This document shows, one piece after another, positions 35,083 through 36,819 of a stretch of 36,819 nt of DNA (within the stretch, counting starts at the first letter, position 1; every line of letters starts with the position of its first letter). The position numbers were made by a program, and so were the translations under genes. The DNA lies in IMG/VR virus record IMGVR_UViG_3300048857_000022, positions 1 through 36,819 of that record. One strand, given 5' to 3'. The stretch comes from a virus. Taxonomy: Duplodnaviria > Caudoviricetes. Under the pieces are notes generated by a model. It ran no database searches and was not told the origin of the DNA. It saw nothing but the letters and a program-made list of their open reading frames with translations.

Positions 35083-35103
35083 CAGTTGTCCCCCCGCGAC
35101 GCC
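35083..35103 (-). other. cos site (P2/phiCTX-type cohesive end)
   Basis: Minus strand GGCGTCGCGGGGGGACAACTG resembles P2 GGCGAGGCGGGGAAAGCAC and the 21-nt phiCTX end. Orientation relative to Q is correct. CCCTGCA repeats are nearby. Confidence 0.8.
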
Positions 35104-35774
35104 TGCGGGCTAAATAGGTCGCTTTTTCTGCACCCCTGCACAGGCCTCTGTACGGCCCACGGCGGGGCCTGCGCGGCATTTTCAGTCCCAATAAAACCCT
35201 GCAAAACCCTGCAGAGGTCCCCCTTTCCACGGCCCCCCTGCGCGCCCATACGGCCTGTCTCTGCTTTTGCCTGATTTGAGCGCTGCGCTCTTCTCTCAAG
35301 CCGCTCCGTTTGGAACGAGCGAAAGATTCTCAGCCACCTCCGTCACTGATTACCCCGGCTCGCTTGCGAGACGAAGCCTGCGGCGTGCAGCAGCTGGAAG
35401 GGCGCTAAGACCTCCAGGCGGCTCTGTTGCTCCAGGGAGAACCCAGGGGACCCCGCGCGCCTGTAGGCGCGAAGTCGGGGAACATCAATACAGAGGAGCC
35501 TGGCCCTCACACCGTGTCTGCGTTATGCACAGGGCTTAAAGGCTCTGTTCTTTAAGCGAAGCGGTACCACTCAACACTTTTTTTTGCATTTAACTCAAAA
35601 CAGCTAAAAGGGGAACTGGCCGGCTTGACTCTATCGAGAACTGAATGGGTAGAAACGCATACCTATTAGCGTGAATCTGGGGCGTTTTGAGAGGTTTTAA
35701 GAGGGCGGGAGGGTAATGCTGGGGTACAGGCGTGCAAAGGCCCCGCTGGGCAGCGGTACGCTTGAAAGGGAAGG

Positions 35775-36650
35775 CTATCGTCGAAAGAGGGCGTCTACCG
35801 CCTGGGTAAGCGCACTACCTGTCAGGCTGGGGTTTTGTTGGTTCAGCTGAACAGCAAGCTCGGCTCTCCTGCGGTTGAACTCAATCTGCTGCTCTTGCTG
35901 CTGGTTTTCTGTAGCGATTCGCTCACGTGTCTGGAAGGCACGACGACGCGCTTGTTTGGCTACGGTAGCCTCAGCTTGCTGTAGCGCCTTTTGTTGCTCC
36001 CGACGCTGGATCTCTTTGAGCTTTAGGCGGCGCTTTTCTTTCTTGCGCTCCCGAGCCTGCTTGAGTTGGTGCGCTAGACCCAGTTCGATAAACAAACGCG
36101 TCCGCAGGATGATCATGGTGCGGGTAATCCAGCGCTTGCCATCATGAAACAGCCGCTTCTGCTCACGGCGGATGTAGCGCGCTTTTTCCAGGAGTTTTAG
36201 CATCCGCGAAAGAGAACATTGATGGATCTCTGCGTCTACCGCTAGGCCATTCTGCAGGTTGAGGTGGAATTGGCCGTCATTATCCATCCAGCCAAGTACC
36301 ATTGTGGCGATATCGACACGGGCCATCATCGGCTCGGCGACGGCTGAAAGTTTGCTCCAGATCTCTTGTCTGACACGGCGGCCGGATAGGTGAACGCAAT
36401 CCAGGGAACGCAGCCATTTCCCCTTACGCTCGCTCGCTTCTACTTTGACACGTCTTGCGGCTTCGCCCAGGAACGTCCTTTTCTGAGCTTCGGACAGCCT
36501 GGCAACGTTGGTCTTGTCCCGATCAGGCAGTGGCTTACCGCGCTTGGACACTGGGAGGTAAAACGCAGAGGCCGGTGAATCAGCCGGTGCACGACGCGTT
36601 TTACCTTTGCGCTGCAGGACCTTTGCAGCGGTGTTTTGAGCGGTTTGCAT
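35775..36650 (-). CDS. Putative wHTH replication initiator in the P2 gpA position
   Basis: GLAVDAEIHQCSLSRMLKLLEKARYI HTH, LFIELGL, basic coiled-coil C-terminus; last gene of the early operon across the junction; no obvious HUH/YxxK motifs. Confidence 0.6.
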   Translation of the reverse strand: MQTAQNTAAKVLQRKGKTRRAPADSPASAFYLPVSKRGKPLPDRDKTNVARLSEAQKRTFLGEAARRVKVEASERKGKWLRSLDCVHLSGRRVRQEIWSKLSAVAEPMMARVDIATMVLGWMDNDGQFHLNLQNGLAVDAEIHQCSLSRMLKLLEKARYIRREQKRLFHDGKRWITRTMIILRTRLFIELGLAHQLKQARERKKEKRRLKLKEIQRREQQKALQQAEATVAKQARRRAFQTRERIATENQQQEQQIEFNRRRAELAVQLNQQNPSLTGSALTQAVDALFRR

Positions 36651-36692
36651 AACATTTCCTTGTACAGCGGGCAGAGCTTTCCCAAACCCATT

Positions 36693-36819
36693 GAGATTTA
36701 TGGGCTGGTATTAGTGAGTTGAGCTGGGTTTAGGCGGCAGGTCCGGATCGTCGATACAGGCCGCAAAGACTTCCGCTATAGGTATTCGGTAACGCCTGCC
36801 GGATTCCGGATCGACCAGC
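36693..36819. repeat. 127-bp exact repeat of bases 1-127 (circular assembly overlap)
   Basis: Identical sequence; 127 matches a common maximum assembler k-mer. Confidence 0.95.

Larger units (their letters stand above)
1..36692. mobile_element. Circular P2/phiCTX-like phage-plasmid (integrase-less temperate myophage with plasmid replicon)
   Basis: P2-order structural genes, cos site, Rep_3/iterons, ParA/RHH and resolvase/res. No tyrosine integrase ORF. Ends overlap by 127 bp. Confidence 0.85.

Noticed and set aside
1-36692. tRNA genes or an attP core
   Set aside because: No cloverleaf or tRNA-3'-end-like sequence recognised by eye. A tRNAscan run and host BLAST would be needed to exclude this fully.
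36693-36819. Terminal direct repeat as a biological attL/attR or phage terminal repeat
   Set aside because: It is exactly 127 bp, cuts through a gene and matches an assembler k-mer overlap. It indicates circularity only.

Overview
The window is a complete circular element. Bases 36693-36819 repeat bases 1-127 exactly, which looks like an assembler overlap, so the circle is 36,692 bp. It is a P2-like (phiCTX-type, probably Pseudomonas-infecting) temperate myophage with an apparently intact set of head (Q,P,O,N,M,L), lysis, baseplate and tail genes, a cI/Ner-like switch, Ogr, three Ogr-type late promoter boxes and a phiCTX-like cos site. I see no integrase and no P2 gpA rolling-circle initiator. 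Instead, the region between portal and cos carries a full low-copy plasmid kit: a Rep_3 initiator with iterons, a DnaA box and an AT-rich 12-mer array, ParA plus an RHH partner with 11-bp-periodic centromere-like repeats, and a serine resolvase with a res site. A second, wHTH Rep-like gene sits where gpA would be in the early operon. The best reading is a P2-type phage-plasmid with two replication modules. Cargo includes a YjaZ(HtrC)-like gene with a convergent structured small RNA, a cluster of orphan antitoxin/immunity modules with no cognate toxins, two stand-alone receiver-domain proteins, a membrane-anchored WYL protein downstream of LexA boxes, and an operator-controlled cassette of small membrane proteins. 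All family calls come from motif recognition by eye, not from database searches.
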